Below, piece after piece: positions 31,611 to 41,852 of a DNA stretch of 64,000 nucleotides; position 1 is the first letter of the stretch, and each line of letters starts with the position of its first letter. The DNA is from Nitrospinales bacterium (GTDB lineage: Bacteria > Nitrospinota > Nitrospinia > Nitrospinales > VA-1): NCBI GenBank assembly GCA_965262115.1, contig OZ253496.1:2048001-2112000 (forward strand), given 5' to 3'. The position numbers and the translations under genes are program-made. Below the pieces are notes generated by a model. That model saw only the letters and a list, made by a program, of their open reading frames with translations. It was not told where the DNA came from and made no database searches.

Positions 31611-32984
31611 ATGTCTATCAATCCTCAAATTTTTCGCGAATATGATATCCGCGGTGTGGTCGGCAAAGACCTCACCCCCGAAACCGTTCAACAAATCGGG
31701 CAGGCCATCGGCACCTATATGAAACGCCAGGGCGGAAAATCGCTGGTGGTTGGATGGGATGTTCGCTCCAGTTCGTTAGAGTTCCGCGATATTTTATCCC
31801 AAGCTATTAACTCCACCGGATGCGATGTCGTGGATATCGGAATGGTCCCTACCCCCGTTTCCTACTTTGCGCTTCATCATCTTAAAGTTGATGGCGGAGT
31901 GATGATCACCGGCAGCCACAATCCGCCGGAGTTCAATGGATTCAAAATCAGCCAGGGTCAACACAGTCTGTATGGAAAAAAGATTCAGGAATTGAAAGAT
32001 CTTATCGATTCCAATGATTTTGAAACGGGATCGGGAAAGATCGAGCAGACAAATGTTCTGGAATCTTATATGGAGAATATTTGCTCCATCATAAAGATAC
32101 CCAGAAAAGTGAAAGTTGTGGTCGATGGTGGAAACGGGTGCTTCGGCATTGTCGGTCCGCAACTCTTACGAAAACTTGGACTGGAACCCATAGAAATTTT
32201 TTGTGAACCGGATGGAACCTTTCCCAACCATCACCCCGACCCCACTGTGGAAGAAAACCTGAAAGGGTTGATGGAAAAAGTCCGCACCGAAAATGCGGAA
32301 CTGGGTATCGGGTTTGACGGAGATGCCGACCGCATCGGCCTGGTCGATGATAAAGGCAATATTCTTTGGGGAGACCAACTGCTGACCATTTTTGCACGGG
32401 ACATTTTATCGAGAAACCCCGGTGCCACCATTGTGGGCGAAGTCAAATGTTCCCAGAATCTATATCAGGATATTGAAAAACACGGCGGGGTTCCGGTCAT
32501 GGCACCAGCAGGACATTCCCTGATCAAAAAGAAAATGAATGAAACCGGTGCGCTTCTGGCCGGAGAAATGAGCGGCCATGTTTGTTTCGCTGACAATTAT
32601 TTCGGATTCGATGACGCAGTGTTTGCCGCTGGCCGCATATTACAAATTGTGGCGCAATCCAGCATGAAGGTTTCTGAAATGCTCGCCGACCTTCCCAAAA
32701 CAGCCTGCACGCCGGAAATTCGCATCGACTGCCCCGATGACAGGAAGTTTGAAATCGTCCGCGAGTTGACAGAAATTTTCAGGAACCAATATGAAGTCAT
32801 TGACATTGATGGAGTGCGGGTCAACTTTGGCGATGGCTGGGCTTTGATTCGTGCCTCCAACACCCAGCCGGTACTGGTGTTGAGGTTTGAGGCTGAAACC
32901 CAGGACCGCCTTCAAGAACTGGTCGGCATCATAAAAAAACAAATGGATAAATACCAACCCGTTGTCCAGTTTTATTACTGCTAG
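31611..32984 (+). CDS. Phosphomannomutase/phosphoglucomutase
   Basis: FREYDIRG, TGSHNP, DGDADR and GEMSGH. Confidence 0.95.
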   Translation: MSINPQIFREYDIRGVVGKDLTPETVQQIGQAIGTYMKRQGGKSLVVGWDVRSSSLEFRDILSQAINSTGCDVVDIGMVPTPVSYFALHHLKVDGGVMITGSHNPPEFNGFKISQGQHSLYGKKIQELKDLIDSNDFETGSGKIEQTNVLESYMENICSIIKIPRKVKVVVDGGNGCFGIVGPQLLRKLGLEPIEIFCEPDGTFPNHHPDPTVEENLKGLMEKVRTENAELGIGFDGDADRIGLVDDKGNILWGDQLLTIFARDILSRNPGATIVGEVKCSQNLYQDIEKHGGVPVMAPAGHSLIKKKMNETGALLAGEMSGHVCFADNYFGFDDAVFAAGRILQIVAQSSMKVSEMLADLPKTACTPEIRIDCPDDRKFEIVRELTEIFRNQYEVIDIDGVRVNFGDGWALIRASNTQPVLVLRFEAETQDRLQELVGIIKKQMDKYQPVVQFYYC

Positions 32985-33196
32985 CCGCAGGGGCAACTGG
33001 GCAAGGGCTGGTCATCCGAAAAAAACGGCTGCTCACCAACTACGGCTGATTTATGCAAACCCCCTCTATCCCCATCAGGGGGAGTTATTAAAGTATTGCG
33101 CTTGAGTGTTCAGTCCGCTTTGCGGTTAATGCAGTGCTGGCAGCATGTGATATCTCCTTCACTTGTTTCATGCCCCGAAGGGGTACGCCTGGTGGG

Positions 33197-34027
33197 TTAT
33201 TTTATTATCATTCCTGCGTAACCCACGACCTGCTCCATATCCCCACTGACTTCCCCCGAAGTCTTATACTTGACCAACTCGGCCTCTTTGGCCCCCAGGA
33301 TTTCCGAACATAACAACATGACGGTGACCGGATTGACCCCGCACATGGTGATCTTTTCTGACTGCACCGTTTCAAACAAACCAACCGGGTCGCGATTTTT
33401 GATGCACGTGATAGCTAAACGGTCTTTGGTCCCGGCCCTGTCATGCGATTCATAATGCGTCATGTCCGAGCTGGCAACCAATAACACCGACTTCCCCAGC
33501 CGGTTCACCGCCCGCACAATGCCCTCGCTGAGTGCTTTACAGGCTGAAACTTTCATCCTCATGAGACAAATCGGAACGATTTTAAATTCCTTTTTAAAAT
33601 ACTGCAGAAACGGTAACTGAGTCTCCAGGGAATGCTCGAACCTGTGCGCGGAAGAATCCTGTTTCGCCATGACCGTTTCTTCGCATATGGCGTTTGCCAG
33701 TTCCCGGTCGATGGCAATATCACCCATCGGCATGGACCAGATTCCTTTCGTCATGACCGCCACCGCCTCGCCCTGGCCGGTGTGATTGGGACCGATTAAG
33801 ATAACCGTGTCCGGAATTTCAATTCTCGAATACACCGCCCCCGCCACATCCCCGGAATACTTGAACCCGGCATGCGGCACGACAATGCCCAGGACCGGAC
33901 TCTTCTCCACATTTTGCTCGATATGTGCTTCCACTTCTCGAACCAAAGCCTCACGCTGGGCGGGATAAAACCTGCCGGCCACCTCTGGCTGGCGTTTTTC
34001 ATGGCTCTCTTTTTCCGAAAATATCAT
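33197..34027 (-). CDS. MEMO1-family protein (AmmeMemoRadiSam system protein B)
   Basis: R.P.VAG.FYP, PHAG..YSG, GPNH, EHSLE, SSDMTHY, TMCG and VVGYA. Confidence 0.92.
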   Translation of the reverse strand: MIFSEKESHEKRQPEVAGRFYPAQREALVREVEAHIEQNVEKSPVLGIVVPHAGFKYSGDVAGAVYSRIEIPDTVILIGPNHTGQGEAVAVMTKGIWSMPMGDIAIDRELANAICEETVMAKQDSSAHRFEHSLETQLPFLQYFKKEFKIVPICLMRMKVSACKALSEGIVRAVNRLGKSVLLVASSDMTHYESHDRAGTKDRLAITCIKNRDPVGLFETVQSEKITMCGVNPVTVMLLCSEILGAKEAELVKYKTSGEVSGDMEQVVGYAGMIIK

Positions 34028-34686
34028 TGCCGAATCTCTCCGGTCATCGGCACAAACACCACACCGGTGATGAACCGCTTTCTCAGGCTTCCGTCTTCCT
34101 GCTTGGTCAACACTATCAGATTCTGTGGCGATCCTGTTTTTCCCAGAGGAAGCACCATCCTGCCGCCAACTTTCAACTGGTCAATCAGAGGTCGGGGTAT
34201 TTTGGGTGCCGCCGCGGTGATGAGAATTGCATCAAAAGGGGACTTTTCCGGCCACCCCCGGTAACCGTCGCCGTGCCTGACGGTCACATTGTTATAGCCT
34301 AGCTCTTTAAGCCTACTGTCTGCGGTGCGGGCAAGTGACTCGACAATCTCGATGGTATAGACCTGATTCACGATTTCCGCCAGCACCGCCGCCTGATAAG
34401 CCGAGCCAGTGCCGATTTCCAAAACGCGGTCATCGCCCTTCAACATTGCACTCTGAGTCATCAGCGCAACAATATAAGGCTGCGAAATTGTCTGGTTTTC
34501 TTTTATGGGAAGAGCAAAATCGGAATAAGCCCGGCTTAAAAAACTGGGCTCAACAAACAAGTGACGGGGTACCTTTAGCAGGGCCTGTAAAACAGCCGCA
34601 TCGCGGATGCCGCGACGCTTGATCTGATCTTCGACCATCTCTTTTCGAGCAGACTCAAAGTCTACAGAAAAGACGGGCCTAGACAT
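34024..34686 (-). CDS. pcm: Protein-L-isoaspartate O-methyltransferase
   Basis: VPRHLFV, QTISQPY, VLEIGTGS, GDGYRGW and FVPM; the start may lie upstream (ATG 34767), adding a hydrophobic leader. Confidence 0.93.
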   Translation of the reverse strand: MSRPVFSVDFESARKEMVEDQIKRRGIRDAAVLQALLKVPRHLFVEPSFLSRAYSDFALPIKENQTISQPYIVALMTQSAMLKGDDRVLEIGTGSAYQAAVLAEIVNQVYTIEIVESLARTADSRLKELGYNNVTVRHGDGYRGWPEKSPFDAILITAAAPKIPRPLIDQLKVGGRMVLPLGKTGSPQNLIVLTKQEDGSLRKRFITGVVFVPMTGEIRQ

Positions 34687-34732
34687 GAAGAATGTCGAAC
34701 AGATGACCGTAACCAGGGCAGGGAAAAATGCC

Positions 34733-35104
34733 TTAAAAAATGAGCCCGTTTTTCTTGAGCCAATCATTGGCATCAAACTTTTTGTTGGCAAACTCCTGGA
34801 ATTCGATTTCTTTTTTAGAAAGTTCCTGTCCATCGATGAACTGCGGCTTTTGCGAAGACTTCTTACTCTTGCGCTTCTTTGGCGCGGGCCGCTCCTCCGT
34901 AAGTTCCTCTTCAACTTCCAATTCCAGCGAGTCGGTCAACACTTCCATCTTAAGGACCAACACCATAAAACTCTTGGGGCAGATATTGTCATCTTTCTGA
35001 ATTTCAGAAACGATCTTTTTAACTTTGGGTGATGTCATGACCGCTTCGGTGATTGCCTTGGACAATTTTTCAAAACTTCGCTCACTCCCATCGGAATCAC
35101 TCAC
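34733..35104 (-). CDS. Hypothetical protein
   Basis: GTG start after AAGGGGG RBS; fits an operon with pcm and MEMO. Confidence 0.7.
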   Translation of the reverse strand: MSDSDGSERSFEKLSKAITEAVMTSPKVKKIVSEIQKDDNICPKSFMVLVLKMEVLTDSLELEVEEELTEERPAPKKRKSKKSSQKPQFIDGQELSKKEIEFQEFANKKFDANDWLKKNGLIF

Positions 35105-35279
35105 AAAATCCCCCTTTCAGTTTCCTGATAAAAAATTTTCGACCAAAAAGAATACTTCGTTTCTTCTATTCAACCTTAAACCTCTCCCACCACCTTGTCA
35201 AGCCGGGATGCCGCGGGGGCAAAATGCAATAGGCCCCTCAGCTTTCAAATAGCCCTTGGCGGCTGAAAAAAACTTCTGC

Positions 35280-36434
35280 TCAATACAGAGGCACTGAAGA
35301 GTCAACTTTCTCCGACCACTCGTTGATGCCACCCCGCATACTTTTGAGGTTGCGGAATCCCATTTCCTCCAATGCTTTCAGTGCTTTCATCGAGCGCACT
35401 CCGGCCTTGCAGTGAAGCACAATCTCGTCATCCGGATTCAACCCATTCAACCGGGCAGGATCTTTGGCCTCAATATCGCCCAGTGGAATCAAGGTCGCCC
35501 CTTCAATTTTGCAAATGTCGTATTCGGACGGTTCCCGAACATCGATCAGCTTGAAGGCGTGCTTCTTGTCCAACATTTGTTTGATCTGCTCCACAGCAAT
35601 TTCCTTTTCCAGGTCGGCGGCGGACTCTTCAACTGGCAGAATGCCACAAAACTGCTCATAGTCGATCAACTCTGTTATGGTCGGGTTGTCGCCGCAAATG
35701 GGACAGGATGGATCCTTACGCAATTTCATTTCCTTGAACTTCATCGACAAGGCATCAAACAGCAAAAGTCGTCCTACCAGTGATTCGCCTATACCCAGCA
35801 CCAGCTTGATCACCTCGTTAGCCTGAAGCAACCCAACAATGCCAGGCAGAATTCCGAGCACCCCACCCTCGGCGCAACTGGGAACCAGTCCGGGTGGAGG
35901 CGGTTCCGGATACAAACAACGGTAGCACGGTCCCACTCGGGAATCGAACACCGAAGCCTGACCTTCGAAGCGTAGGATGCTTCCATATATATAAGGTTTC
36001 TGCAACAACACGCAGGCATCGCTGGCCAGATAACGGGTGGGGAAGTTGTCCGTGCCATCGACGATGATGTCGTAGTCGGCAAAAATATCCATCACGTTTT
36101 CTGAAGACAAGCGCGTGTTATAGGTAGTGACATTGATGCTGGAATTAAGATCGGCAATACGGTCTTTGGCCGAATCGACTTTCAGTTTTCCAATGGTAGA
36201 TTCTCCATGCGCCACCTGCCTTTGCAGGTTACTAAAATCGACCACGTCAAAATCGATCAGGCCCAGGTTTCCCACCCCTGCCGCCGCAAGATACAAAGCC
36301 AGCGGTGAACCCAGCCCGCCGGTGCCAATCAAAAGCACCTTGGAATTACAGATTTTTTCTTGTCCCTCAACCCCCACCTCCGGCAAAAGCAGGTGCCGAC
36401 TATAACGGTTGATCTGATCCTGTGTCAAAGCCAT
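35280..36434 (-). CDS. moeB: Molybdopterin-synthase adenylyltransferase with rhodanese domain (MoeB/MoeZ)
   Basis: RYSRH, GTGGLG, SNLQRQ, CYRC, SCAEGGVLG; C-terminal DVRE...CKAGVRS. Confidence 0.93.
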   Translation of the reverse strand: MALTQDQINRYSRHLLLPEVGVEGQEKICNSKVLLIGTGGLGSPLALYLAAAGVGNLGLIDFDVVDFSNLQRQVAHGESTIGKLKVDSAKDRIADLNSSINVTTYNTRLSSENVMDIFADYDIIVDGTDNFPTRYLASDACVLLQKPYIYGSILRFEGQASVFDSRVGPCYRCLYPEPPPPGLVPSCAEGGVLGILPGIVGLLQANEVIKLVLGIGESLVGRLLLFDALSMKFKEMKLRKDPSCPICGDNPTITELIDYEQFCGILPVEESAADLEKEIAVEQIKQMLDKKHAFKLIDVREPSEYDICKIEGATLIPLGDIEAKDPARLNGLNPDDEIVLHCKAGVRSMKALKALEEMGFRNLKSMRGGINEWSEKVDSSVPLY

Positions 36435-36616
36435 AACGTAAATCCTTTAAAAAACAATCTCTATTTTTCCTTGATATTGATTAGATTCAATTCTACCAGA
36501 AAAGATTCTCCAATCAACCGGGCCCACTAGCGTGGGAAGCAAAGGGCGCAACTCTTTCTGGCGAACGAAAATTATCTCGGCTTTAGGGGCCATTGCCCAG
36601 TTGCCCCCTCGCCAGA

Positions 36617-36744
36617 GAGACCTTTGCATAAGTCGAAAAATCGAAGAATCGAGATGCTTCGACAAGCTCAGCATGACAATATTGGGCCATTTTGTCATTC
36701 TGAGGAACAAGGTGACGAAGAATCTCGGGTTATGCAAAGCTCTC
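36617..36744. mobile_element. MITE copy 2 (128 bp), TSD CTCGCCAGA
   Basis: TIRs GAGACCTTTGCATAA / TTATGCAAAGCTCTC; direct repeats at 36608-36616 and 36745-36753; inverted relative to copy 3. Confidence 0.9.
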
Positions 36745-36759
36745 CTCGCCAGAGGGCGG

Positions 36760-37935
36760 CTATGCCGAGAATGCCTGTTCGAATCCGGCGATGGAACCTT
36801 CGATGACCGAATCGGGCAGGCAATAGGAAATACGGAAATACCCCGGCAGGCCAAATCCTCTGCCTGGCACCACCAGCACCTTTTGTTCAGCCAGCTTTTT
36901 AACGAACTCCACCTCATCTTCCAGCGGGGATTTCGGGAAAAAATAAAATGCCCCTTGCGGTTTCACCACCTGATAGCCAATTCGGGTCAGCTCCTTATAT
37001 AAGTAATCGCGTTTTCGGCGATATTGTTCCACATCCACCGTCACTCCCTGCACCTGTTTCACCACGCGCTGGATGAGCGCCGGAGCGTTGACGAATCCCA
37101 ACACCCGGTTGCAGAAGATCAGTCCTGCCATGAGCTCTCCGGCGGACTCACATTGTGGATGCACCACCACAAAACCAATACGCTCGCCGGGCAGCGCGAT
37201 GTCCTTCGAATGGGAAGTGATATAAATACTGTTTTCGTAAAACTCCATGATGTTTGGCGCTTCGACCCCATCAAAGGTGATCTTTTTATACGGGTCGTCC
37301 GAGATCAGATAAACGGCCTTGCTAGGCCTGTCCGAATGCGCTTTTAAAATGTTTGCCAACTCCTGCAACTCTTCACGCGAATAAACCACCCCGGTCGGGT
37401 TGTTTGGGGAGTTGATGATGACGGCTTTAGTTCTTTCGTTGAGCGCATTTTTTAAAGCCGGGAAATCGAGGTGGAAATCTTCCAAGGTCGGAACCGCCAC
37501 CGCCTTGCCGCCGTGGTTGTCAGCATAAAATAGGTACTCAACAAAGTAAGGCGTGAAGATGATGACCTCATCATCCGGATCGAGCAGAGTCTTTAAAGTG
37601 ATGTTGAGTCCGCCCGCCGCGCCACACACCATGACCAAATCATTATCTGAGAGTTCCACCTTACATTCGGAGGACAGAGACCCGGCAATCGCCGCGCGCA
37701 CATCAGCAAATCCGGCATTTGGCATATAGCGGTGCAAGCCGGGAGTCTCATCCTGCGCGCTTTCAACCAGCGCTTTGCGGACTTCCTGCGGCGGTTCCAT
37801 CACCGGGTTGCCCAAGGAAAGGTCGAACACGTTATCCTCACCGAATTCCTTTTTCAGCCGGATGCCTTCCTCAAACATTTTACGAATCCAGGAAGACTTC
37901 TCCATGAACCCTATAACTTTTTGCGATATCGCCAT
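36760..37935 (-). CDS. PLP-dependent aminotransferase class I/II (aspartate aminotransferase-like)
   Basis: SWIRKMFEEG, LSLGNP, NSPNNPTG, SHSKD...PGERIG. Confidence 0.93.
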   Translation of the reverse strand: MAISQKVIGFMEKSSWIRKMFEEGIRLKKEFGEDNVFDLSLGNPVMEPPQEVRKALVESAQDETPGLHRYMPNAGFADVRAAIAGSLSSECKVELSDNDLVMVCGAAGGLNITLKTLLDPDDEVIIFTPYFVEYLFYADNHGGKAVAVPTLEDFHLDFPALKNALNERTKAVIINSPNNPTGVVYSREELQELANILKAHSDRPSKAVYLISDDPYKKITFDGVEAPNIMEFYENSIYITSHSKDIALPGERIGFVVVHPQCESAGELMAGLIFCNRVLGFVNAPALIQRVVKQVQGVTVDVEQYRRKRDYLYKELTRIGYQVVKPQGAFYFFPKSPLEDEVEFVKKLAEQKVLVVPGRGFGLPGYFRISYCLPDSVIEGSIAGFEQAFSA

Positions 37936-38035
37936 AAAAAAACTCCACTATAAAAATTTCATGCAAGGTGGCACCCTACACTCTGTTGGATTTTCAAGCC
38001 CATCCATAGCATATTCCCCAGGCAGGATCAACGGC

Positions 38036-38134
38036 CCACTCGGCGTGGGGCCAATGTGCTTTCACCTCCTAAGCCGCCAACACGGTTTGAGCGCAAGATA
38101 AAGGAATGGCTCATTGCCTGCGGAGGCTCTCCGC
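38036..38134 (+). repeat. Modular intergenic repeat copy
   Basis: CCACTCGGCGTGGGGCC...TGCCTGCGGAGGCTCTCCGC; same ends and about the same length as the 41435 unit. Confidence 0.8.
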
Positions 38135-38177
38135 GTTATATTGAGACCGAATAATTTTGCTAATATCCTTTTTCTCT

Positions 38178-38861
38178 ATGACCACTCCAATCATTCAATT
38201 TATAGATGTCTGCAAGTCCTACCAGAGCGGGTCGCAACTGGTGACCGCACTGGAGGCGGTGAATCTGAGCCTCGATGCCGGAGACTTCGTCACCATCATG
38301 GGGCCCAGCGGAGGAGGAAAAACCACCTTGCTCAACCTGCTTGCCGGACTCGACCTACCCGACAAAGGACAAATCATCCTCAACGGCCGCAAGGTGTCCG
38401 ACTTTTCTGATCATGAACTGACTCTGTTACGACGAAAAGAGATAGGTTTTGTATTCCAGTTTTTCAACCTCATGCCCACCCTCACGGTGATGGAGAATGT
38501 AGAACTGCCGCTTCTGCTGGCGCATTCATCCCGAACCGATGGTGAACGCATTAAAACCCTGCTCGACTATGTCGGACTCTGGCACCGGGCCGACTCTTTT
38601 CCTGCTGAGCTTTCGGGAGGGGAAATGCAACGCGTCGCCATCGCTCGCGCCCTGGTGCACCAACCCGTTATTTTGCTTGCCGACGAACCCACCGGCAACC
38701 TCGACTCGGAAAACGGATTGAAAATTATCGATCTTATGAGACAGGCCTCGTCCGATTTTAAAACGACGGTGGTCATGGCCACCCACAACCCGCAGGTCGC
38801 GGCCTTCGGCAACCGCCATTTCGAAATTCGCGACGGCAAACTGACCGATAAAATACTGTGA
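38178..38861 (+). CDS. ABC transporter ATP-binding protein (LolD/MacB-like)
   Basis: GPSGGGKT, LSGGEMQR and LADEPTGNLD. Confidence 0.95.
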   Translation: MTTPIIQFIDVCKSYQSGSQLVTALEAVNLSLDAGDFVTIMGPSGGGKTTLLNLLAGLDLPDKGQIILNGRKVSDFSDHELTLLRRKEIGFVFQFFNLMPTLTVMENVELPLLLAHSSRTDGERIKTLLDYVGLWHRADSFPAELSGGEMQRVAIARALVHQPVILLADEPTGNLDSENGLKIIDLMRQASSDFKTTVVMATHNPQVAAFGNRHFEIRDGKLTDKIL

Positions 38862-41434
38862 GCTTTCTGCTTTATTTTAAAGACCTGTTCACCGCGCTCA
38901 TCCTGCGTCCCTTATTGCGCGACCCATTTCGTACCGCCATCACCATCCTTGGCGTGGCAGTCGGGGTCGCCGTGTTTCTCAGCATTCGTCTCGCCAACCA
39001 GCAAACCATGATGTCGTTCACCGAAAGCGTGAACCTGGTATTAGGTAGAGCCGATGCAGTCATCCGGGTTGAGGGTATGGACTTTAATGAATCGGTCTTC
39101 GAAAAGCTCCACGCTCTCCGTAAGGAGATCAAGGCCTACCCGGTGATTGAGGGATATGGCGTCGAGTCCACCAGCGACGAGGTGGTAGAAATTATAGGCA
39201 CCGACTTATTACAAGATAGTGGCATCCGCGACTTTTCCATCAAAACCGTGGAAGAAGGTCTGAAAGGATTAATTCCACTCATTACCGATCCGGCTGGAAT
39301 CATTCTTCCGGAAAAATTCGTGCCGGGCACCCGTTTTGCCCCCGGCGACACCATTGAGTTCCTGATAAAAGGAAAAATAAAAACTCTCAACGTCAACGCG
39401 ATATTGGAAGACGAGGGAATCGCCAAAGTCTTGAACGGCAATTTCGCCCTGATGGATATCGCGGCGGCGCAAAACGTATTTGACAAAGTGGGCCGACTGG
39501 ACCGCATCGACATTCAGTTTCTAAACTCCGCTGACTTCGAATCCATGCAGGAAAAAATAGCCTCCCTGCTTCCCGGAAACATGAAGGTCGAACGCCCACA
39601 ACGCAAGAACCGTCAGGTCGGGAAAATGTTGCAGGCGTTTCAATATAACCTGACCGCCTTGAGTTTCGTGGCCCTGCTGGTCGCCCTTTACCTGATCTAT
39701 AACATGATCGCTCTTTCGGTGGTGCGGCGAAGGGTAGAAATCGGCACACTGCGCGCGATAGGCGCCACCCCTACTTTGATCGCCCTGATTTTTTTTCTGG
39801 AGGCCGGGATCATCGGCGCGGTCGGCTCTTTGCTCGGAATCGGGTTGGGTTATTATTTCGCGCAGTTTTCTCTTGATGCTGTTTCACTCACCGTCAACAA
39901 CCTTTACGCGCCGAGTTATGTCACGGAAGTGGATTTCCAATGGAGCCAGATGGGCCCCTATTTCATTTTAGGTGTTGCACTTAGTTTTATATCTGCCCTC
40001 ATCCCCGCCTGGGATGCGGCCACCACCCCGCCCACCTCGGTCATGCGTCGAGGCAGTTATGACCTGAAACTGTTTCGCGGAAGCCGTGGGCTGAACCTGA
40101 CCGCCCTGATGGTAGTTCTGCTTGCTGCACTTTGTGCGCAACTGCCGCCAATCAACCACTTCCCTTATTTCGGATTCTTTTCGGTATTTTTAATCATTCT
40201 CGGCCTTTCCTTATTGTCTCCAGCGGTTTTGCTGTGGACCCGTGACCGACTGCATTTCTTTTGCAAAAAACACTTTGGCGGAGAAGGCCTGCTCGCCTGC
40301 ATGAACCTGTCGCAAAATGTAGGACGCAACGCCCTTGCGGTTTCGTCGCTGGCCATCGCTTTCATGATGGTCATCAGCATGTCGATCATGGTGCACAGCT
40401 TCCGCCAGACCGTGATCGTCTGGATCGACCAGACATTGCGGGCCGACCTGTTTGTACGCGTAGCCGGGGGACGTGATATCGATTACCAGCATACCCTTCC
40501 CTCCGAATCGGTGGAGAAACTGAAATCCTTAAAAGGCATTGCCGCGGTCGATCAGTTCCGCGCCCTCGACATCACTTATAACGATCTTCCGGTAGTGCTG
40601 GCCACCGGTGATTTTTCCGTGCTGTCCCAGTACGGCAATCTGATAATCAAGTCCGGTCCTCCCGCCCGGGAACTCGACCGCGTCATGGTCGGCCAGAATC
40701 GGGCCATGGTTTCCGAAGCGTTTTCTCTCAAGCACAAGAAGAATGTCGGAGATAGTATAGAGTTGCAGACACCCAGCGGTCCGGCCCGGATGGAAATCGC
40801 CGCCATCTATTTCGATTATTCCCGCGAACGCGGTTACATCATCCTCGACCGCACCACGTTTTTAAACTATTACAAGGAAACTGAGATCAACAGCTTTGTT
40901 ATTTACCTTGAAGATAAAACCCGGCTAGAGTCCGTACGGAAAGAAGTCCTTAAAACTTTAAAAGATCATCGGCTCATCATCCGTTCCAATTCCGAATTGA
41001 AACATCAGGTGCTCGAAGTGTTCGATAAAACTTTCGCCATCACTTACTCGCTGGAAATCATTGCCATACTGGTGGCAGTGCTGGGCCTATTCAACACCCT
41101 GGTTTCACTGATTCTAGAACGCAAACGGGAAATAGGAATCCTCAGGTTCCTCGGCGCGTTCACAGGACAAGTCAAGCGTATGGTGTTGATCGAAGCAGGA
41201 ATACTGGGACTGATCGGCTCAGTAATGGGTTTTGTCGCGGGCGTGGTTGTTTCCTATATCCTGATCTTCGTGATCAACAAACAATCTTTCGGCTGGACCA
41301 TTCAGGTGCATTTCCCCATCCTGTTCATTCTGGTCATGATAACCACGTTCTGGGGAATTTCTTTACTGTCCGGACTTTACCCGGCAAGGCTGGCAGAAAA
41401 ACTCAATCCCAAAGAAGCCGTGCGAGTCGAATAA
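38858..41434 (+). CDS. ABC transporter permease (duplicated FtsX/MacB-type)
   Basis: Two repeats containing R..EIG.LR..GA and large periplasmic domains. Confidence 0.92.
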   Translation: MSFLLYFKDLFTALILRPLLRDPFRTAITILGVAVGVAVFLSIRLANQQTMMSFTESVNLVLGRADAVIRVEGMDFNESVFEKLHALRKEIKAYPVIEGYGVESTSDEVVEIIGTDLLQDSGIRDFSIKTVEEGLKGLIPLITDPAGIILPEKFVPGTRFAPGDTIEFLIKGKIKTLNVNAILEDEGIAKVLNGNFALMDIAAAQNVFDKVGRLDRIDIQFLNSADFESMQEKIASLLPGNMKVERPQRKNRQVGKMLQAFQYNLTALSFVALLVALYLIYNMIALSVVRRRVEIGTLRAIGATPTLIALIFFLEAGIIGAVGSLLGIGLGYYFAQFSLDAVSLTVNNLYAPSYVTEVDFQWSQMGPYFILGVALSFISALIPAWDAATTPPTSVMRRGSYDLKLFRGSRGLNLTALMVVLLAALCAQLPPINHFPYFGFFSVFLIILGLSLLSPAVLLWTRDRLHFFCKKHFGGEGLLACMNLSQNVGRNALAVSSLAIAFMMVISMSIMVHSFRQTVIVWIDQTLRADLFVRVAGGRDIDYQHTLPSESVEKLKSLKGIAAVDQFRALDITYNDLPVVLATGDFSVLSQYGNLIIKSGPPARELDRVMVGQNRAMVSEAFSLKHKKNVGDSIELQTPSGPARMEIAAIYFDYSRERGYIILDRTTFLNYYKETEINSFVIYLEDKTRLESVRKEVLKTLKDHRLIIRSNSELKHQVLEVFDKTFAITYSLEIIAILVAVLGLFNTLVSLILERKREIGILRFLGAFTGQVKRMVLIEAGILGLIGSVMGFVAGVVVSYILIFVINKQSFGWTIQVHFPILFILVMITTFWGISLLSGLYPARLAEKLNPKEAVRVE

Positions 41435-41648
41435 CCACTCGGCGTGGGGCCAACGAGCAAACATTCTATAGCTACCCACACTTTCAGAGCGCATTTAACC
41501 GCTATTACCAGTTACCTGCGGAGGTTCTCCGCCCACTCGGCGTGGGGCCAACGAGCAAACATTCTATAGCTACCCACACTTTCAGAGCGCATTTAACCGC
41601 TATTGCCAGTTACCTGCGGAGGTTCTCCGCCCACTCGGCGTGGGGCCA
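41435..41648 (+). repeat. 98-bp tandem repeat (two units plus the start of a third)
   Basis: Units 41435-41532 and 41533-41630 differ by one base; the third starts at 41631. Confidence 0.92.
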
Positions 41649-41723
41649 GCGTGCAATCGCTTTTTCTGGCAGGCAAACGTGTTCTAGGCTCAACAAGCTA
41701 TTGTTAATTGCCTCCACGGCAAG

Positions 41724-41852
41724 GAGAGCTTTGCATAACCCGAGATTCTTCATCGCGTACGCTCTTCAGAATGACAAAATGGCCCAGTATTGTCATGCTG
41801 AGCTTGTCGAAGCATCTCGATTCTTCGATTTTTTGACTTACGCAAAGGTCTC
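41724..41852. mobile_element. MITE copy 3 (129 bp), TSD CACGGCAAG
   Basis: TIRs GAGAGCTTTGCATAA / TTACGCAAAGGTCTC; direct repeats at 41715-41723 and 41853-41861. Confidence 0.9.

Noticed and set aside
34768..34914. Extended pcm N-terminus (296-aa ORF)
   Set aside because: It overlaps the upstream hypothetical gene in another frame and has no pcm-like sequence
36447..37002. Overlapping 156-aa ORFs similar to ORFs at 41542-41988 and 6724-7122
   Set aside because: The shared peptide text comes from translating MITE and repeat DNA, not from a gene family
41435..41720. Possible CRISPR array (17-bp motif every 98 bp)
   Set aside because: The first two intervening sequences are near-identical and too long for spacers, the motif is dispersed across the window, and no cas genes are present
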